This document shows, in pieces, positions 62,532 to 64,000 of a DNA stretch of 64,000 nt; the stretch's first letter is position 1, and every line of letters begins with the position of its first letter. The position numbers and the translations under genes were made by a program. The stretch comes from a virus: positions 7,443 through 71,442 of the IMG/VR virus record IMGVR_UViG_3300008448_010404. One strand, given 5' to 3'. The notes below the pieces were generated by a model that did not search any database, was not told where the DNA came from, and was given only the letters and a program-made list of their open reading frames with translations.

Positions 62532-63224
62532 ATGAGTTTAACAGGAAAAACAATAAATCAGTTACCATCAATATCGGGTTATAGTAGTAACACCCTAATA
62601 CCGGTATACAAAGATGGTCAAACAGTTAAAGGAACATTTAATGATTTAACAAATGTTAAGAAATGGTCCGCACTATTAACACAAACAGGACCTATAATTG
62701 TTACATCAAGTACCGAATCAAATGGTGGTTTAATTTTAAATGAAATTTACACTATTAACAATTATGTTTCAGGTGATGACTTTTCAAATATTGCTCAAGT
62801 TTTATCAGGTGTTATTAACACCACTAATTGTGTGTTTAGAGTTACAGGGGATTCTAGTTCAAGTTATTTTTATCCATCAAATTGGGAGGGTAGTGAATTA
62901 GAATCTGAAGGAGGTATGGTTGTTACTGTTTTAGAAAATTCTTTAGGAACTGAAGTAGTTGTTGAATACCCGGCATTTGGTGACCCAGCATTTGATGCAA
63001 CCATTAGGATATACCCATCTTCAGGTGTTTTTGTACCTACTAAAACAACTATTACAACACAAATGTCAATACCGTATGATTTATCTAGTCCTGTCCCTCA
63101 AATTATGACAGGTATTGATAGAAATACTTTAACAGGTGTTATGTGGGTATTTGATTTCTTTAGTGGTACTTTATCACCTAATCTATTAAACAATACGATA
63201 GTTAATATAACAGTTTATAAATAA
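62532..63224 (+). CDS. Hypothetical beta-rich protein, possible fibre/decoration protein
   Basis: N-terminal KTINQLP...LIPV...G.T.K motif seen in fibre-like proteins; late motif upstream. Confidence 0.55.
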   Translation: MSLTGKTINQLPSISGYSSNTLIPVYKDGQTVKGTFNDLTNVKKWSALLTQTGPIIVTSSTESNGGLILNEIYTINNYVSGDDFSNIAQVLSGVINTTNCVFRVTGDSSSSYFYPSNWEGSELESEGGMVVTVLENSLGTEVVVEYPAFGDPAFDATIRIYPSSGVFVPTKTTITTQMSIPYDLSSPVPQIMTGIDRNTLTGVMWVFDFFSGTLSPNLLNNTIVNITVYK

Positions 63225-63228
63225 AATT

Positions 63229-63420
63229 ATGGAAAAAGCATTTCAACGATTATTGGATAACAAATTTTTGGTGTCATTAGAACATGATATATGGTCAGAT
63301 AAAAAACGTGAAGCCCGTAGATTTGATGTTAAAGAGTATAAAAATGTCTTATTGGTTTTGTTAAATACATATCAAGAAAAAGACATCGTTGTCTATACTG
63401 ACTACAATTTTAAAAACTAA
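63229..63420 (+). CDS. Small hypothetical protein
   Basis: 63-aa ORF with an A-rich start context. Confidence 0.55.
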   Translation: MEKAFQRLLDNKFLVSLEHDIWSDKKREARRFDVKEYKNVLLVLLNTYQEKDIVVYTDYNFKN

Positions 63421-63449
63421 TTGACTATATCTCACATTAATCATATACT
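63421..63449 (+). promoter_or_regulatory. Canonical sigma70-type promoter TTGACT-N17-TATACT
   Basis: 5/6 match at both hexamers, 17-nt spacer, intergenic. Confidence 0.8.
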
Positions 63450-63462
63450 TAATTAAGTAAGG

Positions 63463-63500
63463 TAAATGTCGTTTGGTTACGGCAGCTAATGAACCATTTA
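63463..63500 (+). promoter_or_regulatory. Structured 5' leader (hairpin or H-type pseudoknot)
   Basis: TGTCGT(63467-72)/ACGGCA(63479-84) stem; loop TGGTT complementary to AACCA(63492-96). Confidence 0.5.
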
Positions 63501-63511
63501 AAACAAAGTAT

Positions 63512-64000
63512 ATGATTAGTGAAGAAGAAATCAAATCATTCCTCGAAGGGAATGACCCTGAAGAACACATCGTCGCTATAGAATTTGACTATGCGGGTGA
63601 TTGTGTTTACAAAATCAAAGAGATTCCTGGTAAAGGGAAAGAAATCAAAAAAGATACATTTACAGCATTTGCGTGGGTTGGTGATTTAAGAGGATTAAAT
63701 TTTTATAATTCATCTAAACACGAACAAAAAGCAGGTATGTCAAAACATAACATCATCATTGAACGTTTAAGAACTGAGAATGAGGATGGTACTCCCAATG
63801 ATAGATTAGAAGAAGGATTAAAGTATATGGTTAAATCTTTAAAAGGTTACCGTTCCTTAATTCAATTCTTCAAAGAAGGTGGTATAGAACCTTGGGGTGA
63901 AAAAGCCAAAGACAAAATAATGATTCTACCTCCCGTAGAACAATATTTAATTTCACGAGAAAAAAGATTATTTAAAGGATTTGACGAATATAATGACCTT
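63512..64000 (+). CDS. N-terminus of a probable family B DNA polymerase (truncated; not in the ORF track)
   Basis: Open frame from ATG 63512 to the window end (MISEEEIKSFLEGNDPEEHIVAIEFDY...PPVEQYLISREKRLFKGFDEYNDL). The P.EQYLI....RLFKG stretch resembles the segment before Exo I in PolB; catalytic motifs lie outside the window. Confidence 0.6.
   Translation, partial: MISEEEIKSFLEGNDPEEHIVAIEFDYAGDCVYKIKEIPGKGKEIKKDTFTAFAWVGDLRGLNFYNSSKHEQKAGMSKHNIIIERLRTENEDGTPNDRLEEGLKYMVKSLKGYRSLIQFFKEGGIEPWGEKAKDKIMILPPVEQYLISREKRLFKGFDEYNDL

Noticed and set aside
63361-63570. Minus-strand 69-aa ORF
   Set aside because: Overlaps two plus-strand genes, the sigma70 promoter and the structured leader.
1-64000. 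Stop-codon reassignment (code 15 or 4), as in some huge phages
   Set aside because: Code 11 gives full-length, densely packed genes; TAG (15247) and TGA (8478) act as real stops.
1-64000. tRNA or rRNA genes, inteins, homing endonucleases
   Set aside because: Intergenic gaps are short and AT-rich with no cloverleaf seen; no intein or HNH/LAGLIDADG/GIY-YIG motifs recognised. A covariance-model scan was not possible.

Overview
Very AT-rich, densely coding 64 kb segment of a large T4-like (jumbo/huge) tailed dsDNA phage, read in standard code 11. Gene starts are A-rich and lack Shine-Dalgarno motifs, and there is a DUF4494-like gene; both hint at a Bacteroidota host (inference). Layout: (1) head module with gp21-like prohead protease, acidic scaffold and gp23-like major capsid protein (0.2-4.7 kb); (2) probable head-packaged and baseplate genes plus a gp55-like late sigma factor (4.7-13.4 kb); (3) a ~17 kb minus-strand glycan cluster (about 12 glycosyltransferases, Gmd, GDP-Man 3,5-epimerase, a STELLO/GT75-like protein, methyltransferases) mixed with PhoH, dUTPase, an exonuclease and a HAD phosphatase; (4) a late operon with a stand-alone WYL protein; (5) Thr/Pro-rich, Cys-rich virion-type proteins, including a 4901-aa mucin-like giant; (6) directly downstream, a GT60 polypeptide-GlcNAc-transferase-like gene and a second glycan operon; (7) the start of a probable family B DNA polymerase behind a canonical sigma70 promoter and a pseudoknot-like leader. 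The best candidate for an undescribed system is a phage-encoded mucin-type O-glycosylation pathway (mucin-like scaffold, initiating GT60, extension and capping enzymes) that could build a virion glycocalyx. A TATTTAT motif precedes most structural genes and is a candidate late promoter. All family calls come from motif recognition by eye; no database search was run.
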